Below, in pieces: positions 30,285 to 39,360 of a DNA stretch of 42,618 bases. Source of the DNA: a virus (Duplodnaviria > Heunggongvirae > Uroviricota > Caudoviricetes); IMG/VR virus record IMGVR_UViG_2529292830_000018, one strand, 5' to 3'. The translations under genes were made by a program, and so were the position numbers. The notes beneath the pieces are model-generated. The model was not told where the DNA came from, did not search any database, and saw nothing but the letters and a program-made list of their open reading frames with translations. Positions within the stretch are counted from its first letter, which is position 1, and the number at the start of each line of letters is the position of its first letter.

Positions 30285-30575
30285 TCATCTTTTAACTCCA
30301 TATACCGCCAATACCCGTTTCATCGCGGCACTCTGGCGACACTCCTTAAAAATCAGGTTCGTGCTCATCTTTCCTTCCCGTTCTTCCCTAGTAGCAAACC
30401 GGTAATACACCGTTCGCCAGACCTTACCTTCGATAACCAGAAGACCTGCCCGTGCCATTTTAGCCGCGGCCTGATTTATGCTGGTTACTGTTGCGCCTGT
30501 TAGCGCGGCAACGTCCGGCGCACAGAAGCTATTATGCGTCCCCAGGTAATGAATAATTGCCTCTTTGCCCGTCAT
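30285..30575 (-). CDS. ren: Ren
   Basis: 96 aa; MTGKEAIIHYLGTHNSFCAPDVAALTGATVTSINQAAAKMARAGLLV matches lambda Ren. Confidence 0.9.
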   Translation of the reverse strand: MTGKEAIIHYLGTHNSFCAPDVAALTGATVTSINQAAAKMARAGLLVIEGKVWRTVYYRFATREEREGKMSTNLIFKECRQSAAMKRVLAVYGVKR

Positions 30576-31273
30576 ACACTTGCTCCTTTTAGTCCGAACT
30601 TAGCTTTGATTTCTGCGATCTTCGCCAGAGCCTGTGCACGATTTAGAGGTCTACCGCCCATGACAGGAAGTTGTTTTACTGGTTCAGGGATCGCCTCACC
30701 ACGGTTAATTCTCGCAGTCATATGGACAAGCTCATCTGCGGCCTTACGGCGTAATTCCGCATCAGTAAGCGCATTGGCCCGCATGTTCTGATACAGGTTG
30801 GTAACCAGCCAGTAGTGCGCGTTTGATTTCCACGGATAAGACTCCGCATCCGGATACAGGCCTCGCTTCCGGCAATACTCGTAAACCATATCAACCAGCT
30901 CGCTGACGTTTGGCAGTCCGGCGATAACGGATGCTTCTTCCCGGCACCATGCAACAAACTGCCCGGGTGATGGCAGAAATGGTCGATTCTGCCGACGGGC
31001 TACGCGCATTCCTGCGTTAACCTGTTCCATCGTGGTGATCCCGTTTTCCCGAAAAGCCAGAACCCACTGGCGACGGATTTCGTTCACTTCGTTCTGGTCA
31101 CGGTTAGCCAGGCTCGCCGGGAAAGTTGCCAGTAACTGGCTGAACACACCGTTGATGATCTGCGCTACCTGCTGTACCTGCGGCTTTTCATCGTACTGTT
31201 CCGGCATGTTGTTGGCGATCCGACGCATCTGCTCACGGTCAAAGTTAACCATCTGTGCGGCGATGTTTTTCAT
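30572..31273 (-). CDS. P: Replication protein P (DnaB helicase loader)
   Basis: 233 aa; matches recalled lambda P throughout. Confidence 0.95.
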   Translation of the reverse strand: MKNIAAQMVNFDREQMRRIANNMPEQYDEKPQVQQVAQIINGVFSQLLATFPASLANRDQNEVNEIRRQWVLAFRENGITTMEQVNAGMRVARRQNRPFLPSPGQFVAWCREEASVIAGLPNVSELVDMVYEYCRKRGLYPDAESYPWKSNAHYWLVTNLYQNMRANALTDAELRRKAADELVHMTARINRGEAIPEPVKQLPVMGGRPLNRAQALAKIAEIKAKFGLKGASV

Positions 31274-32169
31274 AGATCCACCCCGTAAATCCAGTCTGTG
31301 TTTGTCAGGTCGAGTTTTGGTTTGCTGGCTGTCACGCCTGCCTGTTGCTTGTTACGGTTGATTTCGAGTTGGGTCCACTTATCGCGGAGTTTGGCCGGGC
31401 TCAGCACGTTACCGGACCAGAAGTTGTCCTGGCATGCCCAGCGGAACAGCACGCACATGTCGCGGTGGTTACGTCCGTCACGTTCACGCATCAGGCGGAT
31501 ATCGTTAGCCCACCCAGCAAAATTCGGTTTTCTGGCTGATGGTGCGATAGTCTTCACCATGTCAAACATCCACTCTGCGGCGGTCAGGTCTTCTGCTGTC
31601 CCCCACTTGCTGCCGCTCTGAATTGCAGCATCCGGTTTCACCACAGAAAGGTCGTTTTCTGGCTGGTCAGAGGATTCGCCAGAATTCTCTGACGAATAAT
31701 CTTTTCTTTTTTCTTTTGTAATAGTGTCTTTTGTGTCCCCCTGTTTTGAGGGATAGCAATCCCCCAATTTGAGGGATGTTTTATCCCTCGTTTTAGGGGA
31801 TTTTCCCTCGTTTTGAGGGATACACCATTCTGAGATGTTTTTATTTGGTCCAAACATGCCGCCTTGCTGCTTGATAATATTCATTCTGACGAGTTCTAAC
31901 TTGGCTTCATTGCACCGTTTGACGGGTAACTTTGTAATCTCGCTAAGTTGAGAATCGGTGATTCTGTCCATTGGTTTATTCCACCCATAGGTTTTACGCA
32001 GAATGGCAAGCAGCACTTTAAACTGTCGCTTGGTCAGATCTGCGCCCGAATAAGCCTCAAGCAGCATATTTGATAGTCTGGCGTAACCATCATCGAGATC
32101 TGCCACATTACGCTCCTGTCCGGCAAAGTTACCTCTGCCGAAGTTGAGTATTTTTGCTGTATTTGTCAT
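31270..32169 (-). CDS. O: Replication initiator O
   Basis: 299 aa; MTNTAKILNFGRGNFAGQERNVADLDDGYARLSNMLLEAY matches lambda O; ori iterons lie inside the gene. Confidence 0.95.
   Translation of the reverse strand: MTNTAKILNFGRGNFAGQERNVADLDDGYARLSNMLLEAYSGADLTKRQFKVLLAILRKTYGWNKPMDRITDSQLSEITKLPVKRCNEAKLELVRMNIIKQQGGMFGPNKNISEWCIPQNEGKSPKTRDKTSLKLGDCYPSKQGDTKDTITKEKRKDYSSENSGESSDQPENDLSVVKPDAAIQSGSKWGTAEDLTAAEWMFDMVKTIAPSARKPNFAGWANDIRLMRERDGRNHRDMCVLFRWACQDNFWSGNVLSPAKLRDKWTQLEINRNKQQAGVTASKPKLDLTNTDWIYGVDL
31690..31825. other. Replication origin (lambda-type: four iterons plus AT-rich region) inside O
   Basis: Four copies of ~TCCCTC(N)TTTGAGGGA at 31737-31821; adjacent AT-rich tract at 31693-31725. 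Confidence 0.85.
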
Positions 32170-32179
32170 AATGACTCCT

Positions 32180-32256
32180 GTTGATAGATCCAGTAATGAC
32201 CTCAGAACTCCATCTGGATTTGTTCAGAACGCTCGGTTGCCGCCGGGCGTTTTTTA
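32180..32256 (+). ncRNA. oop: OOP antisense RNA
   Basis: GTTGATAGATCCAGTAATGACCTCAGAACTCCATCTGGATTTGTTCAGAACGCTCGGTTGCCGCCGGGCGTTTTTTATT matches recalled lambda OOP RNA including its terminator hairpin; antisense to the cII 3' end. Confidence 0.8.
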
Positions 32257-32498
32257 TTGGTGAGTCCATCAAGCGCATACTTAAAAGCCCTGCTAATCGG
32301 ACTGATGTCTGATGCCATTCCGAAAGCACACAAGACCGAAGCAATAAACCGCCAGTCCGTTCTGCTTATCTTCGATTCATGACAGCCAATCATCTTTGCC
32401 AGACCGCGCTGGGTAAGCGTTGACAGGTTGATGAGTAAATCAGTTTCTGCGCGATCAACGTCACGCTGTGATAGTTTGCTGTAACTTGTTCGTTCCAT
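32202..32498 (-). CDS. cII: CII-like transcriptional activator (chimeric: non-lambda N-terminus, lambda-identical C-terminus)
   Basis: 98 aa; C-terminal LTNKKRPAATERSEQIQMEF equals lambda CII, N-terminal ~75 aa differ but keep an HTH-like segment. Confidence 0.75.
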   Translation of the reverse strand: MERTSYSKLSQRDVDRAETDLLINLSTLTQRGLAKMIGCHESKISRTDWRFIASVLCAFGMASDISPISRAFKYALDGLTNKKRPAATERSEQIQMEF

Positions 32499-32583
32499 TT
32501 CTTAAGATTTCCAATAGTGAATAGTTAGTTGAAAGGTATGCGTGGAAACGCATATGGCCTTAGTTGGTCAGATATCTTGGGAC

Positions 32584-32598
32584 TCGCTTTGTCAGCGA
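32584..32598 (-). promoter_or_regulatory. nutR boxB hairpin (P22 type)
   Basis: Minus strand TCGCTGACAAAGCGA: 5-bp stem, GACAA loop plus A; same core as the nutL hairpin. Confidence 0.55.
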
Positions 32599-32636
32599 CG
32601 TAGGACGAATGTCCATTGTGAAAATAGCGGTGTTAC

Positions 32637-32846
<210 letters not shown>

Positions 32847-32861
32847 TTAGTACATGCAACC

Positions 32862-32927
32862 ATTATCACCGCTAGAGGTAAAATAGTCAACACGCACGGT
32901 GTTAGATATTTATCCCTTGCGGTGATA
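32862..32927. promoter_or_regulatory. oR operators (OR1-OR3) with pR and pRM
   Basis: TATCACCGCTAGAGGTA (32864-32880), CAACACGCACGGTGTTA (32889-32905), TATCCCTTGCGGTGATA (32911-27); pR -35 TTGACT and -10 GATAAT on the minus strand. Confidence 0.9.
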
Positions 32928-32934
32928 GATTTAA

Positions 32935-33651
<717 letters not shown>

Positions 33652-33658
33652 CACGTAA

Positions 33659-34096
33659 ATGATTAAAGAACGTATTTCTTATATCATTCCGATTGCGATG
33701 GATGAAGGCAACCCAGTAACTCCAGTTCTTATCTATGAAATGGATAAAGACTCCCATGAAGTGGATCTATCATTTGGCGCTTTTTTTATCGGCCTTAAGG
33801 CTACAAAAAAATATTCCATAGGCATTGAGGTTTTCAATGCTCAAGAAATACCGATACCAATTGACACAAAACTGTACTCCAACCATAAGTTTTTTACGGT
33901 AGCAGAAGCCAACGATGGAGAAACCATCGTATCAACTTCTATGAGAATTAACTTCCCAAGGGTGAAAATTATCAAGCCTGGGATATTCGAAGTTAGAGCA
34001 TCACTGGTTAATCCTGATAAAGGCGAAGTAATTGATGTAAAAAGTTCGTTTTTTGACGTGAAGATAACAGGATCAGTTCGCGATGAGTTTAGATAA
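33659..34096 (+). CDS. Hypothetical protein occupying the rexA position (no similarity to RexA seen)
   Basis: 145-aa AT-rich ORF starting 8 bp after the cI stop; no TM segment; predicted soluble. Confidence 0.5.
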   Translation: MIKERISYIIPIAMDEGNPVTPVLIYEMDKDSHEVDLSFGAFFIGLKATKKYSIGIEVFNAQEIPIPIDTKLYSNHKFFTVAEANDGETIVSTSMRINFPRVKIIKPGIFEVRASLVNPDKGEVIDVKSSFFDVKITGSVRDEFR

Positions 34097-34454
34097 CAAG
34101 GTTGCTCAGCTTCGTCCAAATCAAAACATATCTCGCCCAATTGGACACTATTCCACTGATGATGCATACTCACGGCATGGTGGAGGAAACGGCGGAGGTA
34201 ACATGCTTGAGGCTAGAGTTGCAAAGCTAGAGTCTGATGTTGAATACATCAAGCGCGATCTCGCTGAAGTAAAGTCAGATATAAAATCTGTAGATTCTCG
34301 TCTGTCAGGTATTGAGACAAGCATTAGCTCAGCAAAAATCACCATCAAGGCATCTGCGGTCGTTGTCAGTTTCGTGTTCGCATTTTGCGCCTACATTTTT
34401 GGAAGTTATGTTTCCAAAATCCTTGATGCCTTAAACGGACTCGTTCTTAAGTAA
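34083..34454 (+). CDS. Hypothetical coiled-coil protein with C-terminal transmembrane helix, occupying the rexB position
   Basis: 123-aa ORF overlapping the upstream ORF by 14 nt; alternative start at 34203 (GGAGGT-aac-ATG, 83 aa). Gly-rich stretch, amphipathic coiled coil, hydrophobic helix AVVVSFVFAFCAYIFGSYV. Confidence 0.45.
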   Translation: MSLDNKVAQLRPNQNISRPIGHYSTDDAYSRHGGGNGGGNMLEARVAKLESDVEYIKRDLAEVKSDIKSVDSRLSGIETSISSAKITIKASAVVVSFVFAFCAYIFGSYVSKILDALNGLVLK

Positions 34455-34461
34455 CACACAA

Positions 34462-34487
34462 CCCGGCCTCAGCGCCGGGTTTTCTTT
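34462..34487 (+). terminator. Rho-independent terminator ending the cI operon (tImm-like)
   Basis: Stem CCCGGC/GCCGGG followed by TTTTCTTT. Confidence 0.65.
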
Positions 34488-34643
34488 GCCTCACGATCCC
34501 CTTCACCCAATAACACATAACCAATTGTATTTATTTGAAAATTAATAGATACAACTCACTAAACATCGCAATTCAGATCTCTCGATCACCTCCCAAGCCA
34601 CACACCCCTGCAAAAAAATAAATCTATATAAAAAACATACAGA

Positions 34644-34713
34644 TAACCATCTGCGGTGATAAATTATCTCTGGCGGTGTTGACATAAATACCACTGGCGG
34701 TGATACTAAACAC
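34644..34713 (+). promoter_or_regulatory. oL operators and pL promoter (lambda type)
   Basis: TAACCATCTGCGGTGATA, TATCTCTGGCGGTGTT, TACCACTGGCGGTGATA; -35 TTGACA (34679-34684), -10 GATACT (34701-34706). Confidence 0.9.
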
Positions 34714-34775
34714 ATCAGCAGGACGCACTACTCACCAGGGCGGTGAATATACAACGATTCGAATATGAATCTACG

Positions 34776-34790
34776 GCGCTGACAAAGCGC
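34776..34790 (+). promoter_or_regulatory. nutL boxB hairpin (P22 type)
   Basis: GCGCTGACAAAGCGC, matching recalled P22 boxB. Confidence 0.6.
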
Positions 34791-34955
34791 AATAACCAAA
34801 GTGAACTTTGGGGTGTGGTGAAGGGTTCATGGACGGGAATATGTCGCACGTAAAGCGGCGAGGCCTGCGGGACTATTGCCGAATTGAAGTAGGCCGAAAC
34901 AGGTCGAAATGGGTCTCCCACCTACCACACCACCAAAGTTCATCAGGAGGTCTAT

Positions 34956-35339
34956 ATGACACGCAGAACTCAGTTCAAAGGCAATTCACGTTCTCGTCGT
35001 CGTGAGCGTTTAAAGGCAAAGGCATTAGCTAACGGCGTACTGGCCCGCGAAGAAGCAATAAGTTCAGAAGTATTACACCGCCCTACTCTAAGCAGAGCGC
35101 AGATTCAGGCTAAAGGTACTCACAAAACGCCTGAGCGCATAGAAGACGCTAAGCCAATTAAGTTCATGGCACAGGACGTGATCTGGCAACAGAAAGAATA
35201 CAGACGCAATCTGGAGAGAGCGGCCATTGTGTACGCGAATGAGTTTGGACATAAGCAACCAGAAACTGGTGTATGTCTTCCAAATGTAGCTCTTTACGCA
35301 GCAGGATACCGGAAATCAAAACAACTGACGGCGAGGTAA
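34956..35339 (+). CDS. N-type antiterminator (P22 gp24-like)
   Basis: 127 aa; Arg-rich motif GNSRSRRRERLKAKA; C-terminus LPNVALYAAGYRKSKQLTAR resembles recalled P22 gp24; RBS AGGAGG. Confidence 0.75.
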   Translation: MTRRTQFKGNSRSRRRERLKAKALANGVLAREEAISSEVLHRPTLSRAQIQAKGTHKTPERIEDAKPIKFMAQDVIWQQKEYRRNLERAAIVYANEFGHKQPETGVCLPNVALYAAGYRKSKQLTAR

Positions 35340-35341
35340 TT

Positions 35342-35704
35342 ATGGGTCAAGAAGAAAAATATGAGCTTAAAAAGCTCATTGGAGAAGACGCCATAGAAGA
35401 AATTGCAGCATTAACAACAGCTATAAAGAATATTAGGTATGCGCTAAATACGCTTATCTCCTCATGCGACAAAAATAGCAGGGAATTTTTGATACTTGGC
35501 GCAGCTCTAGGAATAGTTGATGCGGCAACGCTTCACCTAATTACTCATGACGATATTCTTATTGAGCCGTATGAAACATTACTGCTTGTCAGGCAAAAAA
35601 TGGCTGATGCCGCAGCAAATGGAGACCTTCAACTTTACTTCGACTTAAGGAAAGTATTAAGGCGAATGGTCAGAACTGAAGGAGATATCCCCCTGACAAA
35701 GTAA
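35342..35704 (+). CDS. Hypothetical protein
   Basis: Start at MGQEEKYELKK (ATG 35342) preceded by GAGG, right after the N stop; the track ORF is longer (from 35273). Confidence 0.45.
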   Translation: MGQEEKYELKKLIGEDAIEEIAALTTAIKNIRYALNTLISSCDKNSREFLILGAALGIVDAATLHLITHDDILIEPYETLLLVRQKMADAAANGDLQLYFDLRKVLRRMVRTEGDIPLTK

Positions 35705-35734
35705 GGGGGTGAAGAGGCTATTTCAGGAATAAAA

Positions 35735-36229
35735 TTAATAATTTGTCAGCGGCGGAACATATACAGGCTTAGGGGCTGGCGCTCTATACATCCGGTATTC
35801 ATTCTTACAGCGAGGACATGAATGCACAAAGAATCCATTAGATTTTATAGTAACCGTGCTTGGTTGAAGTATCGATATTTTATGTTCGCCGAAGCAATGT
35901 GCACAAAGGTTATGCTGCTGAATAGAAGGATCGGAATGACTCTTAGGTCGATACACGACAGAACCACCTTCAGTTGTATGAAGTTCATAATTCTCAGCTT
36001 GCACAACAAACATCTTGATTTTTCTATTTTCATCTCGAAGCTTCATTGCGATCTCCTTCTCGGCCTGATAAAGGCCAGAGAGCTCCGCATTAAGCATCTG
36101 TAAGTCAGTTATTCTTTGGTGTAGATCACCAATAGCTTTAGCGATAACAGCATCATCTCTGGTTTCTTTTATTGTCTTCAGCAGATCATAAGCCTGTTTC
36201 GCGGCAGTTATACCAGATAATACATCCAT
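35735..36229 (-). CDS. Hypothetical coiled-coil / zinc-ribbon protein, transcribed against pL
   Basis: Start at MDVLSG (ATG 36229; track allows GTG at 36238); C-terminal CAHC...CPRC motif; AT-rich; opposite in orientation to all neighbours. Confidence 0.5.
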   Translation of the reverse strand: MDVLSGITAAKQAYDLLKTIKETRDDAVIAKAIGDLHQRITDLQMLNAELSGLYQAEKEIAMKLRDENRKIKMFVVQAENYELHTTEGGSVVYRPKSHSDPSIQQHNLCAHCFGEHKISILQPSTVTIKSNGFFVHSCPRCKNEYRMYRAPAPKPVYVPPLTNY

Positions 36230-36245
36230 ATAAATCACTCTCTTA

Positions 36246-36290
36246 CTGTAGGGGTAAGAGGATTTTACTATTTTTCTCGCTGTAGGGGTA
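36246..36290. promoter_or_regulatory. Direct repeats CTGTAGGGGTA flanking a putative promoter
   Basis: Identical 11-mers at 36246-36256 and 36280-36290, 34 bp apart, in the divergent intergenic region 36230..36432. Confidence 0.4.
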
Positions 36291-36432
36291 CACGAGAACC
36301 ACCGAGCCTGATGTGGTTAAAAGACAGGCACAATCTTTACTACCGCAAGCCACGCAGTGAAATTGGTGTGACTTGTGTTGGTCGCCAGAAAATGAAATTA
36401 GGCAGCAAACTACTTATTTGAGAGGAATTAAT

Positions 36433-37056
36433 ATGTCATCAATCCGCTTAACTACGAGAATGAAAGAGGAAATCGCTCGTAACGCTTTAATTAAGTCTGG
36501 GGTCTTCACTGAACTTGAAGAAGTAACAAAGTTAAAGAACCAGCTTGCACTTGACGCCAGAGTTATTGCGTTTGGCGGTAAAAAGAAAACTGAGGAAGTG
36601 GATCAGTTATCATCCAAGTTGGTAGCTATAAGTGAAGAACTTGAAAAGATGGGATGTTCATTTTACTCATACGATGTTAGTTCTACTTCAATTTATCTGA
36701 CTGTATCTGGCAGAAGGGTTGGATGGCATTCATATGGGAAAGACGGCAACGGCGAAGATATATTGCTCCCTACTCCGACCAAAGATAAATGCATGTTTAG
36801 CGCAGAACACGAAATAACAAAAAGGTTTGATGAAATCTGCGCATTGCAACAAAAACTTGAAGCCAAGAAAAAGGATATCGAATCAAATGTATGGGCTGCT
36901 TTGAACTCAGTCACAACAGTTAAGCGACTTATTGAGGTTTGGCCTGAAAGCAAAGAATTGCTACCAAAAGAAGCAGATAAAGCAAGTACAGCACTTCCTG
37001 CTTTACGGGTAGAAGATTTGAATAAGATGATTGGACTTCCTTCCGAGGCCGCATAG
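36433..37056 (+). CDS. Hypothetical protein
   Basis: Start at MSSIRLTTRMKEEI (ATG 36433) preceded by GAGGAA; 207 aa; own terminator. Confidence 0.5.
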   Translation: MSSIRLTTRMKEEIARNALIKSGVFTELEEVTKLKNQLALDARVIAFGGKKKTEEVDQLSSKLVAISEELEKMGCSFYSYDVSSTSIYLTVSGRRVGWHSYGKDGNGEDILLPTPTKDKCMFSAEHEITKRFDEICALQQKLEAKKKDIESNVWAALNSVTTVKRLIEVWPESKELLPKEADKASTALPALRVEDLNKMIGLPSEAA

Positions 37057-37072
37057 TCGGCCTTTATTTTTG
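37046..37072 (+). terminator. Rho-independent terminator
   Basis: Stem AGGCCG/CGGCCT spanning the stop codon, followed by TTATTTTTGG. Confidence 0.6.
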
Positions 37073-37094
37073 GCATAACCAATATGGGGTAAAA

Positions 37095-37421
37095 ATGAAA
37101 GTTTTAATGGTTTATGAAAATGTTCCAGAGTCGACTGAAATCTATATTTTTGATGCCAATGAAGATGAAGTTAACGATTTGAAATTGTCTCACGGCAATT
37201 ACACAAATGCTAATTGTGATGAAAGTATCGAAAAAGCACTATCACGTGTTCTTGTCAGAATTAGTGTTCCAGAACATTGTGATGATGATTGGCTTTCTTA
37301 TTGTGGAGCGGTAAAAACTGATGCAGGAAAATGGAGTAAAAGTAAAGTTGATAACTCAACTCCAATCATTATGAAAGATAGTGATATTGAAATGGTAATA
37401 ATAACCGGAATGATTATGTAG
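37095..37421 (+). CDS. Hypothetical protein (AT-rich)
   Basis: 108-aa ORF; followed by a long hairpin (37437-37473). Confidence 0.45.
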   Translation: MKVLMVYENVPESTEIYIFDANEDEVNDLKLSHGNYTNANCDESIEKALSRVLVRISVPEHCDDDWLSYCGAVKTDAGKWSKSKVDNSTPIIMKDSDIEMVIITGMIM

Positions 37422-37527
37422 GCTGCGAATAAGCACTGTGTATTCATTCCAACGAGTGAATACACGGAGCAATGTCGCTCGCAACTAAACAGGAGCCGAC
37501 TTGTTCTGATTATTGGAAATCTTCTTT

Positions 37528-37551
37528 GCCCTCCAGTGTGAGGGCTTTTTT
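37528..37551 (+). terminator. Rho-independent terminator (tL-like) upstream of cIII
   Basis: Stem GCCCTC/GAGGGC followed by TTTTTT. Confidence 0.65.
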
Positions 37552-37617
37552 ATATGCATACCAATAACGCTTCACTCGAGGCGTTTTCGTTATGCAATCA
37601 AACAGAAGGAGCATCCT

Positions 37618-37788
37618 ATGCAACAGTTCGCTATTGCAGGGGCGGCATCGGTTCGCCCTTTCAACCCGATTTTATCGGTACAGCATTCACGAAAAAATAT
37701 TTTAACCGGAGCAGACTTTAAACAACCAAGAATGAAAAGTTTGCTCGAAAAGCTTTGGGATATTTTGAAACAACAAGGCCGTCCATGA
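37618..37788 (+). CDS. cIII: CIII-like protein (FtsH inhibitor)
   Basis: 56 aa from MQQFAIAGAAS...KSLLEKLWDILKQQGRP; resembles lambda CIII at both ends; RBS AAGGAG. The longer track ORF overlaps the terminator. Confidence 0.6.
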   Translation: MQQFAIAGAASVRPFNPILSVQHSRKNILTGADFKQPRMKSLLEKLWDILKQQGRP

Positions 37789-37943
37789 ATTTTACAGATA
37801 ACTGGTCAGACGAAGAATTCATTCGTCAGATGAAAGAATTAATCGGTAACGAAGGAGATATTCATGTCACTTGCAACCACAGTGAAGGAGAGCAAGTTAC
37901 AGAGGCGCATGTACACGCAGAAAGCTCTCTGGTATCGACATAA
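37785..37943 (+). CDS. Hypothetical small protein at the kil position
   Basis: 52-aa ORF whose ATG overlaps the cIII stop (ATGA); function is guessed from position only. Confidence 0.35.
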   Translation: MNFTDNWSDEEFIRQMKELIGNEGDIHVTCNHSEGEQVTEAHVHAESSLVST

Positions 37944-38044
37944 TGGCGACCGCGAAGGAATGCGGGTATGCCTTAATTTGTCCAGAGTCGAAGTATTAAG
38001 TCAGCGTTATTTCCTTGGGGAATGTCCATTCTGAGAACAAACAT

Positions 38045-38650
38045 ATGAGCAAAGAATTTTACGCAAGGCTGGCAGCTATTCAGGAGAATCTGAACGCGCC
38101 AAAGAATCAGTACAACTCATTCGGCAAATATAAATACAGAAGCTGCGAAGATATTCTTGAAGGCGTTAAGCCGTTACTGAATGGTCTGTTTTTATCAATC
38201 AGCGATGAAGTTGTGTTGATTGGTGATCGGTATTACGTGAAAGCAACGGCAACTATTACTGATGGCGAAAACAGTCATACAGCAACCGCTCTTGCACGAG
38301 AGGAAGAAAGCAAGAAAGGAATGGATTCTGCACAAGTTACGGGAGCTACAAGCTCTTATGCACGCAAGTATTGCCTCAATGGTTTGTTCGGCATTGATGA
38401 TGCGAAAGATGCAGATACCGACGAGCATAAACATCGGCAGAACGCAGCAGCAAAGCAATCAAAACCATCACCTACACCTGAACAGGTTCTAAAAGCATTC
38501 ACTGACGCAGCATTGCAGAAAAACACCGTGGAAGAGCTTAAACAGGCGTTCGCCAAAGCGTGGAAGATGCTCGAAGGCACACCGGAGCAGCACAAAGCGC
38601 AGGACGTTTACAACATCAGACGAGACGAATTAGAAGGAGCGGCTGCTTAA
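38045..38650 (+). CDS. erf: Erf recombinase (single-strand annealing protein)
   Basis: Start MSKEFYARLAAIQENLNAPKNQYNSFGKYKYRSCEDILEGVKPLL matches recalled P22 Erf. Confidence 0.85.
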   Translation: MSKEFYARLAAIQENLNAPKNQYNSFGKYKYRSCEDILEGVKPLLNGLFLSISDEVVLIGDRYYVKATATITDGENSHTATALAREEESKKGMDSAQVTGATSSYARKYCLNGLFGIDDAKDADTDEHKHRQNAAAKQSKPSPTPEQVLKAFTDAALQKNTVEELKQAFAKAWKMLEGTPEQHKAQDVYNIRRDELEGAAA

Positions 38651-39033
38651 TGGCACATTCGATTACTGTAAGACTAAACAAGCCCGCAAGAGAGTTTCAG
38701 GCCGGGGAAAATATCGGATTCAACATCCGTGCTGGCGTTCAGTATTACGATCGCCAGACAAAAAAGAAAGAATGGACAAACTACAGCGCCGTTGTATTTG
38801 CCAAGCCGGGAGCGCAAGCGGATTACTACCGTAGTGTTCTTGTTGAAGGTGGCATTGTTGAAATTACCGGAGAAAACATCAGGGTTGATGTTTATCAGGG
38901 GCAAAATGGTCAATCAATCAATCTTGAATTACTGAATGCAAAGATTGGATTTGCAACTTCAGGAAACAGCCAACAGCAGCAAAGTAGCAATCATCAAAAT
39001 CATCCTGAATACGACGATTCAATTCCCTTCTAG
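38650..39033 (+). CDS. Single-stranded DNA-binding protein-like
   Basis: 127 aa from MAHSITVRLNK; Q-rich linker and acidic C-terminal tail ending DDSIPF, like the SSB tail; start overlaps the erf stop. Confidence 0.55.
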   Translation: MAHSITVRLNKPAREFQAGENIGFNIRAGVQYYDRQTKKKEWTNYSAVVFAKPGAQADYYRSVLVEGGIVEITGENIRVDVYQGQNGQSINLELLNAKIGFATSGNSQQQQSSNHQNHPEYDDSIPF

Positions 39034-39056
39034 ATTTGCAAAATAAGGATTTAATT

Positions 39057-39350
39057 ATGCCAGCGCCTCTGTATGGTGCGGATGACCCGCGCCGCTGTTC
39101 CGGCAATTCCGTATCGGAGGTGCTGGATAAATTCAGAAAAAACTACGATCGGATAATGTCGCTACCGCAGGAAACAAAAAAGGAAAAGGAATTTCGCCAC
39201 TGTATATGGCTTGCAGAGAAAGAAGAACGCGAGCGAATTTACCAGACATCAATCCGACCATTCCGCAAAGCCACATATACCCACTTCCCTGAAATTGACC
39301 CGCGCCTGCGTAATTACCGCTCACGCTATGGCGCTATCAGTAATGACTGA
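39057..39350 (+). CDS. Hypothetical protein
   Basis: Start MPAPLYG preceded by AAGGA. Confidence 0.4.
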   Translation: MPAPLYGADDPRRCSGNSVSEVLDKFRKNYDRIMSLPQETKKEKEFRHCIWLAEKEERERIYQTSIRPFRKATYTHFPEIDPRLRNYRSRYGAISND

Positions 39351-39360
39351 GGTATTTACC

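Noticed and set aside
32129-32344. 71-aa minus-strand ORF spanning the O/cII junction
   Set aside because: Overlaps the well-defined OOP RNA and the 3' end of cII in another frame; not a known lambda gene.
37513-37617. Longer N-terminus for the cIII-like ORF (track start 37513)
   Set aside because: The extension overlaps the strong terminator hairpin at 37528-37551 and has no RBS; the ATG at 37618 has AAGGAG and yields a cIII-sized product.
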